Origin: Rhynchobatus australiae
Lineage: Eukaryota
Direction of reading: 5' to 3'
Length of the DNA: 64,000 nucleotides
Assembly: GCA_034780895.1 (NCBI GenBank)
Contig: JAUZTB010000064.1
Location: forward strand, 57,678,159 to 57,742,158
The notes beneath the pieces were generated by a model. That model searched no databases and was not told the DNA's origin. It saw only the letters and a program-made list of their open reading frames with translations. Position 1 is the stretch's first letter. Each line of letters opens with the position of its first letter. Of the stretch, positions 1 through 12,954 are shown one piece after another. Both the position numbers and the translations under genes were made by a program.

Positions 1-1065
1 AAAACTTGTCTTGCATACTGATCATACAGGTCAATTCATTACACAGTGCAGTTACATTGAGTTGGTACAGAATGCATTGAGGTAGTACAGGTAAGAACAA
101 TAACAGTAGAGTAAAGTGTCATAGCTACAGAGGAAGTGCAGTGCAGGTAGGCAATAAGGTGCAAGGTCACAACAAGGTAGAATGAGGTCAATAGTCCAAC
201 TCATCGTATAAGGGAACCGTTCAATAGGCTTATCACAGTGGGATAGAAGCTGTCCTTAAGCCTGGTGGTATGTGCCCTCAAGCTCCTGTTTCTTCTACCT
301 GATGGAAGAGGAGAGAAGAGAGAATGACCCCAGGTGGGTGGGATCTTTGATTATGCTGGCTGCTTCACCAAGACAATGAGAGGTAAAGATGAGTCTAAGG
401 AAGGGAGGCTGGTTTCCGTGACACGCTGGGCTGTTTCTTGCGGTCCTGGGCAGAGCAGTTGCCATACCAAGCCGTAATGCATCCAGATAGGATGCTTTCT
501 ATGGTGCATCGATAAAAATTGGTGAGTGNNNNNNNNNNNNNNNNNNNNNNNNNNNNNNNNNNNNNNNNNNNNNNNNNNNNNNNNNNNNNNNNNNNNNNNN
601 NNNNNNNNNNNNNNNNNNNNNNNNNNNNAATTGGTGAGTGTCAAAGGGGACATGCCAAATTTCTTTAGCCTCCTGAGGAAGCAGAGGTGCTGGTGAGCTT
701 TCTTGACCATGGCATCAACATGATTTGACCAGGACAGGCTGTTGGTGATGTTCACTCCCAGGAACTTGAAGCTCTCAACTCTCTCGATCTCAGCACCATG
801 GATGTAGACAGGTGCTTGTACACTGCCCCCTTTCTTGAAGTCAATGACCAGCTCTTCTGTTTTGTTTACACTAAGGGAAAGGTTGTTGTCATGACACCAT
901 TCCACTAAGCTCTCTATCTCCTTCCTGTACTCTACCTACAACAGTGGTGTCATCTGCAAACTTGGAGATTGAGTTAGAGCAGAATCTGGCCACACAGTCG
1001 TGAGTGTATTAGGGAGTAGATGAGACACAGCCTTGTGGGGCACCAGTGTTGATAATAATTGTGCC
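1..1065 (-). mobile_element. Rex1/Babar-type non-LTR retrotransposon, 5'-truncated (RT C-terminus plus 3' UTR)
   Basis: ORF 351..905(-) reads WCHDNNLSLSVNKTEELVIDF...ERVESFKFLGVNITNSLSWSNHVDAMVKKAHQHLCFLRRLKKFGMSP, typical of the Rex1/Babar RT C-terminal region. Contains a 100-N gap. Confidence 0.85.
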
Positions 1066-1068
1066 AGA

Positions 1069-1178
1069 GGTATTGGTATTGACTTATTATTGTCACTTGT
1101 ACCGAGGTAGAGTGAAAAACTTGTCTTGCGTACCAATTGTACAGGTCAATTCATTACACAGTGCAGTTACATTGAGTA
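1069..1178 (-). mobile_element. Second Rex1/Babar 3' end abutting the first copy
   Basis: Tail GGTATTGGTATTG followed by AAAACTTGTCTTGC...CAGGTCAATTCATTACACAGTGCAGTTACATTGAG, nearly identical to bases 1-61. Confidence 0.75.
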
Positions 1179-3244
1179 CAAAAGGAATTCAAGAGCTACA
1201 TATTGTAGGATAGATACCGAATATTAATACAGTAAATGAAATGAAAATTGCAGGGATAAAAATAACATGCTGTTGCCCGGCTGTCTATTTTTGTTAAGGT
1301 AAAGGTAAATTTCATCCAAGTTCTTACAACACTTCTGCACATTGTTGCTCATAAAGATTCAATTTCAATCTGAGTAATAATTTCCCTCCAGTCCGAGCCC
1401 CAGCCTGAAAATAAAGGCAAGTGAGACAAAATGTGCACAAAGCTTCAGCTTTATGACAAAAAAATAAGAATATAATTGTTTTTCAATGGTCTCTGGATGG
1501 GGGTGGTGGTAGCAGCATGGGTTGGCAGACAGTATTTAAAGGTCCCTGAATTTCTATTGCTCAGCTTAATACCTTGGATCTACAAAGGCAAACATAATTC
1601 TAGTGTGGAAACAACAGACCAGGTCTTGCTGTCTGGCCAGCCAGCCAGCCTCAACTCCCACCCTGGAACTTCTGCCTGCAAAATGCCCATTCAGTGGTTC
1701 AGCAGATCAGTCTGAACAATGATGCACAGGACCATTTACAAACTATTAAAAATAAATAATTTTAGAAAAGTTAAAATTAACATTTTAATATTTTTTTTAA
1801 GAAGTTACCTGAAATGTCATCGAAATAATTAAAAGCATTAGTGCAATAATTCAAAATAAGGAATGCATCTTCCCTTTTGCCTCCTGATCCAAAACCCGAC
1901 AATTCCCATTAAAATCGGTAAGGTGAAACCTGGCACAGGAACAAGGGAATGATTTCCTGCTTTTGGAACTGCCAGCAGTTGCTAGAAAGAGCAAACGCAA
2001 CATTATCTATAAGCAATATTTAGGGAGAGCATGAAAATTCATATTGACTTTGTTATTTTTTTTAAACAAGGCGGCATATTTAAGCTGGTAAAAATGGCAT
2101 TGTTTGAAGAATGTGTGTTGGACACACTAGGTTTAAAAAGACTAGTGCGAGCATATCCAGGTAATATAGCAGGCTTAGTTTAAGCCACACTCAACATAAA
2201 CAATGTCAGTTTGCTGAGGTACATTCAGTGTCATTCATTACTGCTTGTGTAAATAAACAAGTCTAACTGTTTTAGTTGAGGATAAAGCTTCCAAATATCG
2301 TCTGTTCATGGATAAAAGAGCAAACCTAGATTTAAGAGGATTGGTTGAAGATAACCATAATGCTCACCTAAATTTCAGTTATATGTTACGAATGAGCAGT
2401 TACCATATTTGATATCTCTGCCACCTTAACTCAGCAATAATTTTAAATGGTTATAACTTTGCTGTGGCAAAATTAAATGTTCTACATTAAATTTTGTGGT
2501 GTCTTCGCAGTTTCCGTAAAACCAAATGGTACAATAATATGATGGGCATCTGAGAGGAGTATAGGAAAAGTCTAGGAATTAGACTAAGACATGGACAACC
2601 CAAACTACAGCCTCTCCAATCCCAAATAAGGATGCTACCATTAAAGAAGGTGCAGGTCTGATGAATAACTTCCTAGCCTGGAGTTTCCTCAGCCAAGGCC
2701 TGACAAATCTACAACAGCTAATATACCTCATGCATTAGCAAAGGGGTTTAGGCCTAGGACTGGGCTAGAACATACTAACTTCAGAGATCTTAAAGAAGTA
2801 AGGGGAACAAGGGGCTTTTTGTATGATTTCTAGTGACTGTTGGGGAAAGATCCCAAGACCCCAGCAAACCCTAGACTGAGAAACCTCTGCCATTCCAGAT
2901 CAGTGGACACCAATGTTGATTACTCTGAATCTAACTGAAACTGTTGTAGTGTGGTAGCACTGGTAACTTGATCATATTCATGGTGTTTTGAAATGATCCA
3001 CTTCGTTGAGAGCTCTTCTGGTGGACGTTATCCATTTGTTAAGTTGGCATCTTAATGGCAGTATTTATGAATGCTCAAAGCTCCATATGGATTTCAGATG
3101 ATATGATTTCAAAGCATCACCACTAGAAGTTGCTAAATTATTGCTGAACTAGAAATAATGACGTGTGGATTGACTTCCAGGTGTAATATTGCAGGAAAAC
3201 TGATTGGATTTTTTTTAAAGAACAGCTGAAAAGTAGAATGACAG

Positions 3245-3555
3245 CAATGGCAGAAAATGCTGGAAGTAGTCAACATCTGCAGAGAAACAGAGTTAACATA
3301 TCTGGTCAGTGATCTTTCATCAGAATGTTGCTGCAGAGTGAGAGAAGAAAAATGCAGTATCCAGGACAGTGCTGGGTCTGCAGGAGGCAGTGAGAGAGTG
3401 GGCTTGTGGATGGAAACACTGTCCAAGTCAGGGGTGGGGGTGACTGGCCAACACTGAGCTCTGATGAAAGAACATTGACGTGACATGTTAACTCTCTCCA
3501 GATGTTGACTCACCTGCTCAGTGTTTCCAGCATTTTCTGTTTTTATTTTAGATTA
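3245..3555. mobile_element. Inverted pair of Penelope-like terminal fragments with decayed hammerhead cores
   Basis: CAGAAAATGCTGGAA...GTTAACAT...CTTTCATCAG at 3251-3323 is the reverse complement of CTGATGAAAG...ATGTTAAC...TTCCAGCATTTTCTG at 3461-3539. Confidence 0.7.
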
Positions 3556-4659
3556 TATGAATGCAAGCCATGGTTGTTCTGGATGGATGAATTATCTTAA
3601 GAATAAATTACATTTGCATGCACAATTCTCTTGAATAAAGTCCATGGGCAGTTGTTTAACATCTGGTGCAGAAGTATTCCACAATAGGAACACTTCTGGC
3701 TGCAATCAGCATCGCAGAACTAGCCCCCTGAAGTAATCTGGCCATTACTCCAACAGAGCAGAAATAAAAACTAAAAATTAGCCATTTCTGAAGAAAAAGA
3801 ATTCTTGTTCAATTGTACTCAAAATAAATGAGTTCTTTGTTTCTCTATTGTACTTGAAGAAAATCCCTTTGCAATTGCTTGGCACACAACTTGATGGAAA
3901 ACCGTTCCCAAACTAAACAAGTCTCATTTGCTCCAATAGCCTGATCTCACTTCCTGTTGGAGGTTGATTTTGGGCTAAAATAGTTACAACCCACATTCAA
4001 AGCTCAACACATTGGCCACACTGTAAAAAATAACGTGGCAGGCACCATATTAATTGCTCTATAGATTGTCAGTAAGCAGTTAATATTTTTCAAAGGCATC
4101 TTATTTTCACTTTAATATTAAATACACAAATTTAGTTGGTGAATATATGACATCAGCTTGCTACAGATCATCAAGGAGATCTTCCTGATTCCTCTCCTTC
4201 TTAGGATATATTTTTAATCACCTTCCCTTTTTTGAAAAGCTTCATAAAAAAAAATTCTGAAATCTTTTATACTTGGCTTTCAGATAGCTTCTCCCATAAT
4301 TTCCCAGCTCCATCTTTTACTTTGGCTCTGTGAAATATCCTGAAATATCGTTCTGTGAGCAACACTAGTATGGTTATAATTACTCACGCTCTGGCTTATA
4401 CAGATGGAAAGAATACTGCAACATATTTCCGTGAGTGACAGAGCTCCCTTAATTAAGTAATAGAGCTTTCTGGAAGGAATACGCAAAGTCTTCATTCAAG
4501 TAACCATCATCCGACTTGTCATATGCCATTTTGATGGGGCCAAGATAATACAGAAAATATTTATTTTAATTTTAATGTCATGCTGACTTTCTAACATTCT
4601 ACAATATTCTGTGCTTAGTAAAGTTATATTATCAACTGCAACCAGAGGCTCAGGATGGA

Positions 4660-4970
4660 GCAACCATCCCTCCCCCTTCCACCTCCCTCCCCACCTAGAC
4701 TGGTTCCATCTGCCTAGCACACACATCCCCATCCACTTGGGTTCCTTCTCCCTTGGTCCACCTTTCTGAGCCCTGCCACCACCTGGTTCCAACTGCCCAT
4801 CATCCCTCTTACCTGGTTCCACTTATCTCCTACCAGCCTCTGCCACTACCCTCCCCTCCCGGCTCCACCTGTCTATTGTTTTTCTTCTTCTGTTCCCACC
4901 TATCAACTACCAGACTATCTCAACACTCTCCCTCTTCCTCTCCCTCCCAGCTCCATCTGTCCATCATCAG
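4660..4970 (+). mobile_element. Penelope-like element 3' UTR fragment (pyrimidine-rich, CTGGTTCCA sub-repeats)
   Basis: Resembles the reverse complement of 24240-24660, which is attached to a GIY-YIG C-terminus. Confidence 0.55.
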
Positions 4971-4979
4971 TAGTAATAA

Positions 4980-5300
4980 AGAACATAGAACAGTACAGCA
5001 CAATAGAGGCCCTTCGGCCCACAATGTTGTGCCGACCTTTAAACCTCACCTAAGACTATCTAACCCCTTCCTCCCACATATCCNNNNNNNNNNNNNNNNN
5101 NNNNNNNNNNNNNNNNNNNNNNNNNNNNNNNNNNNNNNNNNNNNNNNNNNNNNNNNNNNNNNNNNNNNNNNNNNNNNNNNNNNTAGAGGCCCTTCGGCCC
5201 ACAATGTTGTGCCGACCTTTAAACCTCACCTAAGACTAGATAACCCCTTCCTCCCAAATGTCCCTCTATTTTAAATTCCTCCATATGCTTATCTAGTAAT
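4980..5300 (-). mobile_element. CR1-type LINE 3' terminus, duplicated across an assembly gap
   Basis: ACATAGAACAGTACAGCACAATAGAGGCCCTTCGGCCCAC tail; the same sequence of about 70 bp lies on both sides of the 100-N gap. Confidence 0.75.
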
Positions 5301-5854
5301 CTAGTAATATTTGGCTCAGGTTTCACTGCATCACAGGGCACAGGTTGAAGATGGCCCATGAACAGATATACTAAAAGTAATTAAGTGTTATGGATTCATA
5401 CATCCACTTTAGCTCCTCACACCAGAAACATACATTGATAATTAACGTGCAGCTATTTTCAAAGCCCCACAGGATCTTCCACCCCTTCACTTTGGTGGCC
5501 ATTTAGTCCAATGAAATCCAGTCTCAAGCTACCACCAAATGATTCTGGCAAGCAAAGCTACATGTTAGTCTAACAAGACTAATTGTTAGACAGTGGCTTC
5601 ATACAGAGTGATTGTGCAGTTTATATTAACACACAGTTCCTGTTAATTGCTTTTATTTGACACTGAGGATCCTTGGCAGCTGGGAGATCAGCAATGGCAG
5701 CATCTGAAAATATGAATAAGATTAAGCTCCACTACAACAAAACCTTCAGCACCTCTCAGAACATCTTCAAGTAGATGAGTCACTCAATTTAGGATAGGCT
5801 TTATGTCAAAAATTACAACCACTACATGTTTAACTTCCACAACTTTTTTCATAT

Positions 5855-6245
5855 TTATTTATTGCAACCCAGGCAACTCTGGCATGGCCAGCATTTATTA
5901 CCCATCCCTCATTTCCCTTGAGAACGTGATGGTGAGTCACCTCCCTGAACTGCTGCTGCCTTTGTAGTAAAAGTACTCCAATGAGAAAGGAGTTCCAAGA
6001 TTTAGACCCAACGAAGATTAAGTACTGGCAATATATTTCCAAATTAGGACCGTGTGCAGGCTGGAGGAGAACCTGCAGGTTGTTGTGTTCCCATGCGCTT
6101 GTTGCCCTTGTTCTTTTTGGTGGTGGTGGTTATGAGTTTGGGGAGTGGGTGCGAGGGACTGCTGTCTGAATAGCTTAAGCAGTGTATTTTGTATATGATA
6201 CAGTAGGTGCTGCAGCTACTATTGGTCAGTGGTGCAGGGGAGGTA
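5855..6245. mobile_element. Old interspersed repeat, probably LINE-derived
   Basis: CCAGCATTTATTACCCATCCCTCATTTCCCTTGAGAA motif; related copies near 9400, 35570 and 38545. Confidence 0.5.
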
Positions 6246-6442
6246 TGTTTAGCATTTGACCAATGTGAGAGAACTGGTCCTTAAGACAAATGCAATTTTT
6301 CCAATGAATTTTACTTTGAATATGGAACTTAGCTTTAGTGCAGACAGTGAAAGAATCTCAGCATACTGTGTAACATTGAGATCTCTTGCACGCAAGACCT
6401 TGAATGCCAAAGTCGTTATGAATACAACAGTGAAATTGTAAA

Positions 6443-6490
6443 TCCAGATGCTGCTCGACCCACCGGGTTCCTCCAGCAGATTGTTTGTTG
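6443..6490 (+). mobile_element. 48-bp Penelope-like fragment with a 15-bp flanking direct repeat
   Basis: CAGATGCTGCTCGACCC...TTCCTCCAGCAGATTGTTTGTTG flanked by CAGTGAAATTGTAAA at 6428-6442 and 6491-6505. Confidence 0.75.
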
Positions 6491-9400
6491 CAGTGAAATT
6501 GTAAAGTTTAGAAAGTGTGTTGAAAAATAGTTAGTACACATATGTGTCAATAGTTACATTTAACAGTTAATTTAAAAAGCAAAAGCTAAAGAAAGAGTTT
6601 AATCAAATTGGAAGTAAGATCTGAAGGGGTAGTGTTGTATTTTAGCTTAAATATTTACAAGATACATTTGTGGTTTAAGATATCACTTTTCAACCAAAAG
6701 CAGTTGCTATCAGTTCGCTATTAAACCATTTTTTTTAAATAAGCTGAATGAATGTCAGGTTAAGAGTGAATTTGAAGGTTATAAGAATAAGTACAGATAC
6801 AAGTTCTAGTCCTGTTGGGACTATGGAAATGTCATCCATGGAATGCAATCAGTCAGGGTTGAAGAATGTAGATTGTAATGTTAGACTAGTATCCTGAGGT
6901 CAGTACAAAATTTTAGTTTTGTCTTCTTGGAACATTTACCTATGTACTCTTGCCTGAGGGTATTAAATAAATTGGCTAAGGTCCACAAGTGGGTAAATAG
7001 CGCATGGTTACTCTGAGGTAGCAGGCTCAACAAGTGCCATTTCCCATTTATTACAATTTTTGAAAGATATGACTATATAAGAACAAACAATAACAGTAAT
7101 TTTGGATGGCCTCCGCTCATAATAGCTTTGATTCCCCCACTGTTGTATGTTCTAGTCTGTGGCAATGCCATTGCACACTTTCCAGTAACATTCTTCAATT
7201 ATCGTCCCGGAGGATCCTAAATGACCCACACTGAATTCCTGGAAGACCACCACTATAGTCCTTTGGATGAGACAATGAAGTGGTTTATCTGGAGGAGTTA
7301 ACAGCAGCATCAAGTTAACTGTGTTTGATCAGGAAACTTGCTAAACGTACAAATCTGCACCATGATTTTCCTAAATTACTTCAGCTGTACACCAAAAATT
7401 TATATACCTATATAATTGGAAAAAAATTGATGTTCTAAGTAAAAATTTGTGCAAGTTGCAAAGACTCATTTGTCTCACACCTGGAACAATTCCAATTAGA
7501 ACTGAAACCATTTATTCAACCTCATGTATGTTGAGTAACATTGAGTCCTTCAGTGTACTCAAAGACAAATGACTTGACTATTGAGAAATGATCAAGTTAA
7601 CTTAGGAGAGAGGACATCAATCCACATATTTCAAACTGATCATAGATCACTGTTCTTAAATTCTAGCATGACTGACAAGGTAATAATCGGTTTTTGAGCA
7701 TTATGTTTAAATTCATCTATCCTTTTAGCTTCATAAATCACCATCAGTTGATTTATTGTGGAAAAACATGAAGGGAGTTTGATATTCAATGACTTTTGTG
7801 TGACCCTCTCAACACGAATCAGCAAATGTCACCTTAATGTAGCTTCTAAAGGTCAAAAGCAGATAAGCGTAACCTTACAGACTGTTTAAACTTGCACTAT
7901 TGGAAAGCTTGTGGCAGAAAGACTTTGAACAGAATCTGGAAAATATACTGGATTCTCTTATCACTTTTACTTAACAAACATTACAGGACTGACCTTTCTA
8001 GTCTCCTGTAAATTCAGTTTAATATCTGCACAGTTTGGCTCAGATTACAACTTGTTTCTGATTAGGAAGTGTAACCAAAGGGAACCAATAAGAGTTTGTT
8101 GAGAGGAATAAGCCACTTCAAATTACACAACATCAAAGTTTGGACTTTAGTTCACTAAAGTGGCAAATATACCCATCAGAGTCTACTTTTTGCTTTTTAA
8201 AACTGAATCCAAAGTTTAATTAAGTCATGATTTTTGCACTATGAAGGAATTACATAAAAAGGAAAATGAAGTGTTTCAAAACATGTAAAAGGATATTCCA
8301 GTTCCCCGAGACATTACTATATTCCCTCATACACTGGTGTGTATTCCATGTATTATATGTTTTTCACATATTGCACGATCCTGACCATACATTTTACATT
8401 TTTATCCTGTAAAGGAAATTTGTGTACACTATTGCGCACTCTATGTCACTGTATCAGATTTGGTATATTCCTGGCCTGTAACTTTCACCATATAGTGGAT
8501 TTGGTCACCAAGTCACTGGGTTTTCTTTGACCTCAGTATAACACCTTTTTGTGGAATCCTGCCTGATATTACCGTGCTCTCTTGTACTTTAAATTATACT
8601 GAGGGCCTCTTTTCCATCATCAACCTTTTCTGATAGCTCAAGTGCATTCAGAATTTGAATCTTCCTCTTCTAACTACCCTATTTGCAACCCGAGGCATGT
8701 AATTTGATCGGCAGATCCTTGCTCACCTCCTGGAACCCCTCCCTGCTCCTTTCCCTTTCTCTGGCTTTTCATCCTACTGTGCATTGGAATATGAGTTGAT
8801 GACCTTTGAACTTTCCACCCTCTCAATCTTTGAGCTTCAAACACATCATCTAAGTTGTTCTTTCAAGCACATTTATTTCAGATTAAGTGCTTTTTTCCAA
8901 ATTTAACAACATGTCACTGATAATCAACCTGATTCTGATTCTTTCAGATTAAAAGTATCTAGCTGATTTTTACAGCTATTTTAAATAGTACAAGGGAAGG
9001 TGGAGAAAACTTAGCCATTCCTTTTACCTGACCTGTACTATTTCATCAGACCTGAGAAATCTAGATTCTTCTTCTTCACTCTGAAGGAACTGCTTGTTGC
9101 AATCACATGCATGAATGAAAAAAAAACCTGTTGCAAAGGTATTGAGACAAGTATGAGCTTATTCATGGATGCAGTCACTTCATTTGTATTCTGTTTTCTC
9201 TTTGTGTCTGTGATGGGTGTTGGGGGGGGGGGTGTATTTCATTTTCATCCAAATCTAGTGATCTCAAAACTCATTCTTCACTCCAAAACCCAAATCATTC
9301 TGCAAAGTCAAGATAACCTGCTGCTTCTTTCTCTCCATCACCCACTGTTTCCTTAGACCTCTCTGTCCTGTCTTCATTTTTTTTTTATTTAGTTTCTGAA

Positions 9401-9654
9401 TGTGGACACTGTTGGTAAGACTGTAATTACTGCCCACCTGCCCGAGTAGTGTGCTGGCTTACGTCATGAGGCAGTTAAAAGTCATCAATGTTGATGTGTG
9501 AGTAAAGTCACAGAAAAGGACAAAGGTTTTCAAGAACTGATTGGGCTCATTTACAGAATTTTCAAACTAAGTTCAAGTAATCAAATAACTGCAGTAGAAG
9601 TTAAACTCACGACCTCTGGCTTATTGGCCTGGGCTTGTAAAAAATTCTCCTCAT

Positions 9655-9980
9655 CTCTCTGAGACACCCACTTGGGATAAAAGGTGACTTATCTTACTCT
9701 GGTTTTGTGGGTTCTAAGGCCACTGTGGGAACCAGCGACTCTTCCACTGAGGAGCCTGATGGTAGCTCATCGGGGTGGCTAAGTACTTTGTGGGATTGTC
9801 AACTCTCCCAATGACCACAGCTCCCAATACAAGGCATGGTGTTCCTCCAGTGTGAGAAGAATATCTCACGGGTTAGAGATTCCCAGGAATCAGTGGGGAT
9901 GTTGCAACTCTTCAAGGAAGCATTGAGTCTATCCTTTAATCTTTTCTTTTATCTGCTTGGCTATCTTTTCCCATGGTAAA
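9655..9980 (-). mobile_element. RTE-clade LINE 3' fragment
   Basis: Minus strand reads KRLKDRLNASLKSCNIPTDSWESL, the typical RTE ORF C-terminus; related to the copy at 27.9-28.8 kb. Confidence 0.7.
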
Positions 9981-10389
9981 GGTTGGATAATCACAGCACC
10001 ACCTTGCACCCTCCCTTCCAAAAATTTAGAAGCTCATGGGCTGAGATGATCTAGTCAATTGTCTCTTCTGCTCTCCCATCTCATCACTTCCCTTTTCCAA
10101 ACAATCTAACTCCTGCACCAGGCTAAACACAGAGTCATACAGCATAGAAACAGGCCTTTCGGCCCACCTTGTCCATGCCACCCTTGGACTGATCTACGCT
10201 ATTTACATGCTTCACCCTGCTGGGTCCGGGCCCTCTTCACATTTCCCCAGCCACTTGCAGTTACCTTGCTCTCGCCCGATTACCGTTGCACAGTTCTTGG
10301 ATAGTTGCCCCTTCCGTCCATCCGTGCCTGCGCCTGTTTAACACTACACAGTCCACTGGGCCATCATCCTCTCACGTCAGCATGAGCTC

Positions 10390-10582
10390 TGCTCTGCCGT
10401 CTCCCTCTCAGGTCCACTCGGGTTCCACCGTGACGTCACCCTTTCAGAGCCACTTAAGTTTGTTCTTGCCCTCTCTTTCATGTCCGCTGGAGCTCCACCC
10501 TACCGTCTCCCTTTCAGGTCTGCTCCATCTCCCTTTCACGTCCGCATGAACTCCACCCTGCCATCTCCCTTTCAGGTCCATT
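10390..10582. repeat. Degenerate minisatellite, unit of about 33-36 bp
   Basis: About 6 copies of a CTGCCRTCTCCCTTTCAGGTCC-like core. Confidence 0.65.
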
Positions 10583-11374
10583 GATATTTATTGTTCTTTA
10601 CTTTATTTCCCATTTATCTTTAGGCCCTTTCTGAACTCATCTAAAAGGCTCATGTGCTGAATTCCTTGATTCAAGTCCACCAATGACCATCCATCTTCCT
10701 CCTTAGCTTCACCTCATCTGGGATCCACTCCTCAATGATATTAACTCCCACACCATGTGCACTCTTTCCTCTGCAAATTCTTTGAATGTACTACTGCGTT
10801 CCAGGTCTTTGCACATATTTTCCCTAATTCCCTGTAGCAATCTCCCCAGTTGGGTTCTTCCCTGGCTGCAACACCAAAATGACTTTAACCAAGTTCATTT
10901 GTGGTGCTATGATGGTGCTTTTGATGTATTCTCCACCCAATGATTGCAAGTCTCAGAAGGGCGAGGAGTTCTTTACCCAGAGCCTGGTCAACGCTGAGGC
11001 AATGAGATCATTCGAGAGTGAAAAATCATATTTTTGAATACCAAGGGAATTAAAGGATCATCGGATAGGGCAGAAAAGTATTCTGATGTTATGGATTGTG
11101 GAATTGGGTCAAGTGACAAAAAGGCCTACTGCAGATCTGATTTCTCATGTCTTTACACCTCTTTGATGCATCATTATAATAAGGTCTGGAGTTTAGTAGG
11201 ATGCTGATGGGGATCAGAGAGGAAGGAAAAAGAATTGTGGATTTGGGCCTCAAAAGATATTTGGTTAGATATAGCTCTCAAAGTGATCATTATAGGACTA
11301 GTTGCTTTATACTGGCAACAAGGAGCTTCACCTGCTGCTCACATTATCAGGAGATAGGTAGCATGCTATCCTTG

Positions 11375-11660
11375 GAGACACAAGAAACTGCAGATGTTGG
11401 GATCTGGAACAATAAATAAGATGCTGGAAGAACTCATAGGGAGGGCTATGTGGGAGGGAAGGGGTAGATAGATATTACAGCAGAATAAAACGTCAGCACA
11501 ACATCGTGGGCCAAAGGGCCTGTACTGTGCTGTAATGTTCTGCGTTCTATGTTTTGGCCACTTACTCGACCAGTCCAGTCTCAACCCAAAACATTGTCCA
11601 TTTCCCTCCACAGTTGCTGTCTGACCCACTGAGCTCCTCCAGCTCGTTATTTGTTGCTAC
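11375..11660. mobile_element. Inverted Penelope-like pair with an internal CR1 tail fragment
   Basis: Minus half ACTGCAGATGTTGGGATCTGGA...TGCTGGAAGAACTCA; plus half GTCTCAACCCAAAACATTG...TGAGCTCCTCCAGC; GGGCCAAAGGGCCTGTACTGTGCTGTA between them. Confidence 0.6.
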
Positions 11661-11904
11661 ATGCCATCCTTATTTTCCTGCCCATTAAAGATTGCATCTG
11701 ATGGAATACCACAGCTAAACTTAATCCTGTTCTCTTGGCCCAGGGTGTTAAGACTGAGTGTAACATTCAAAGCTGCCTTCAATCCAAAACTGGCTAAATC
11801 AGCTAATGCAAAAAAAAATCAGCCCTTGTCATCTGTATGGCTGAACCTTTAATAATTCATTGTTGGGACAGTTGTAATGAGCATTTTAAAGGCCAGTAAT
11901 ACAC

Positions 11905-12071
11905 TAAGTAACCAAGACATCTTTATTAGTCACATGTACATCAAAACACACAGCGAAATGCATCTTTTGTGTAGAGTGTTCTGGGGGTCAGCCTGCAAGT
12001 GTCACCACATTTCTGGCGCCAACATAGCATGCCCACAACTTCCTAACCTGTACGTCTTTGGAATGTGGGAG
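11905..12071 (-). mobile_element. V-SINE-like element, 3' half, with a Rex1/Babar-like tail
   Basis: Body GTCTTTGGAATGTGGGAG shared with the SINE at 16.3-16.7 kb; tail TTTATTAGTCACATGTACA...CAGCGAAA...CTTTTGT resembles the Rex 3' end at 18550. Truncated by a gap. Confidence 0.65.
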
Positions 12072-12171
12072 NNNNNNNNNNNNNNNNNNNNNNNNNNNNN
12101 NNNNNNNNNNNNNNNNNNNNNNNNNNNNNNNNNNNNNNNNNNNNNNNNNNNNNNNNNNNNNNNNNNNNNNN

Positions 12172-12282
12172 AGAGCCTGCAGAGGGATATAGATAGGTTA
12201 AGTGAGTGGGCAAGGGTCTGGCAGATAGAGTACAATGTTGGTAAATGCAAGGTCATCCACTTTGGAAGGAAAAATAGAAAAC
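12172..12282 (+). mobile_element. CR1 LINE RT fragment
   Basis: Translates SLQRDIDRLSEWARVWQIEYNVGKCKVIHFGRKN. Confidence 0.85.
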
Positions 12283-12360
12283 CATGGTCAACCAGCTGAA
12301 ATTACTTACAAATGTCAAATATTACAAAACCCAGGAGAATAGGAAGGGAATCTATAATAG

Positions 12361-12766
12361 TGTCATGATTCTGAGTACTGGCCCTCAATTTGGCTCCTTA
12401 GATGTCTTGTTGTCCAGCACATGGATTCCATGCTGGCCTGATAGCATAACAACATACACCTGAGTGCCATCAGGGGTCTAGCATAAGTACCTGGGTTTCT
12501 CTAGCACTAGTTGCCAGAGGATTGTTCAACCTTTGGGTATACTTTGGCTCCTGGTTGCTTAGAGTTGTCTACTCTAGAGCAGTCCTGTGGTCTCTGTTAC
12601 TCTTTGAATATCCAGTTCATGTTGGGATTACTCCTCAGATCTGAGGCAAGATCCCTTCCAGTTGCTGCCAGTGCTTGGTCCTGAAGAAGTATCCTGACTC
12701 CAGCCTTGTACCAATGTGCCACATCTGGGTTCTCCACAAGCTTGCTCTTTGCTCAACATTGTGACA
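12361..12766 (+). mobile_element. Solo-LTR-like element, 406 bp, complete copy
   Basis: TGTCA...TGACA termini; 5-bp TSD AATAG at 12356-12360 and 12767-12771; TATA-like CATAAGTA near 12482. Orientation is inferred from the TATA-like motif. Confidence 0.85.
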
Positions 12767-12954
12767 AATAGGCTGGCATAAGATATCAAGGTCTAGAAGC
12801 ACTTTGAGGATTACAGGGGGAATGCAGAAGAGTGTTGAGAGTGATGTAGATCTTGGGGTTTCAAATCATTGGAAGTATATTTGCTGGATATGGAAGCATT
12901 CAAATTGGACACTTTGGGTTCTGAGAGTCTACATGCAGAGGTTACAGCAGTCAC

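Noticed and set aside
2675-2890. Possible hAT-type MITE with CAGAGGTTTCTCAG-like ends
   Set aside because: Terminal match too degenerate and no 8-bp TSD visible.
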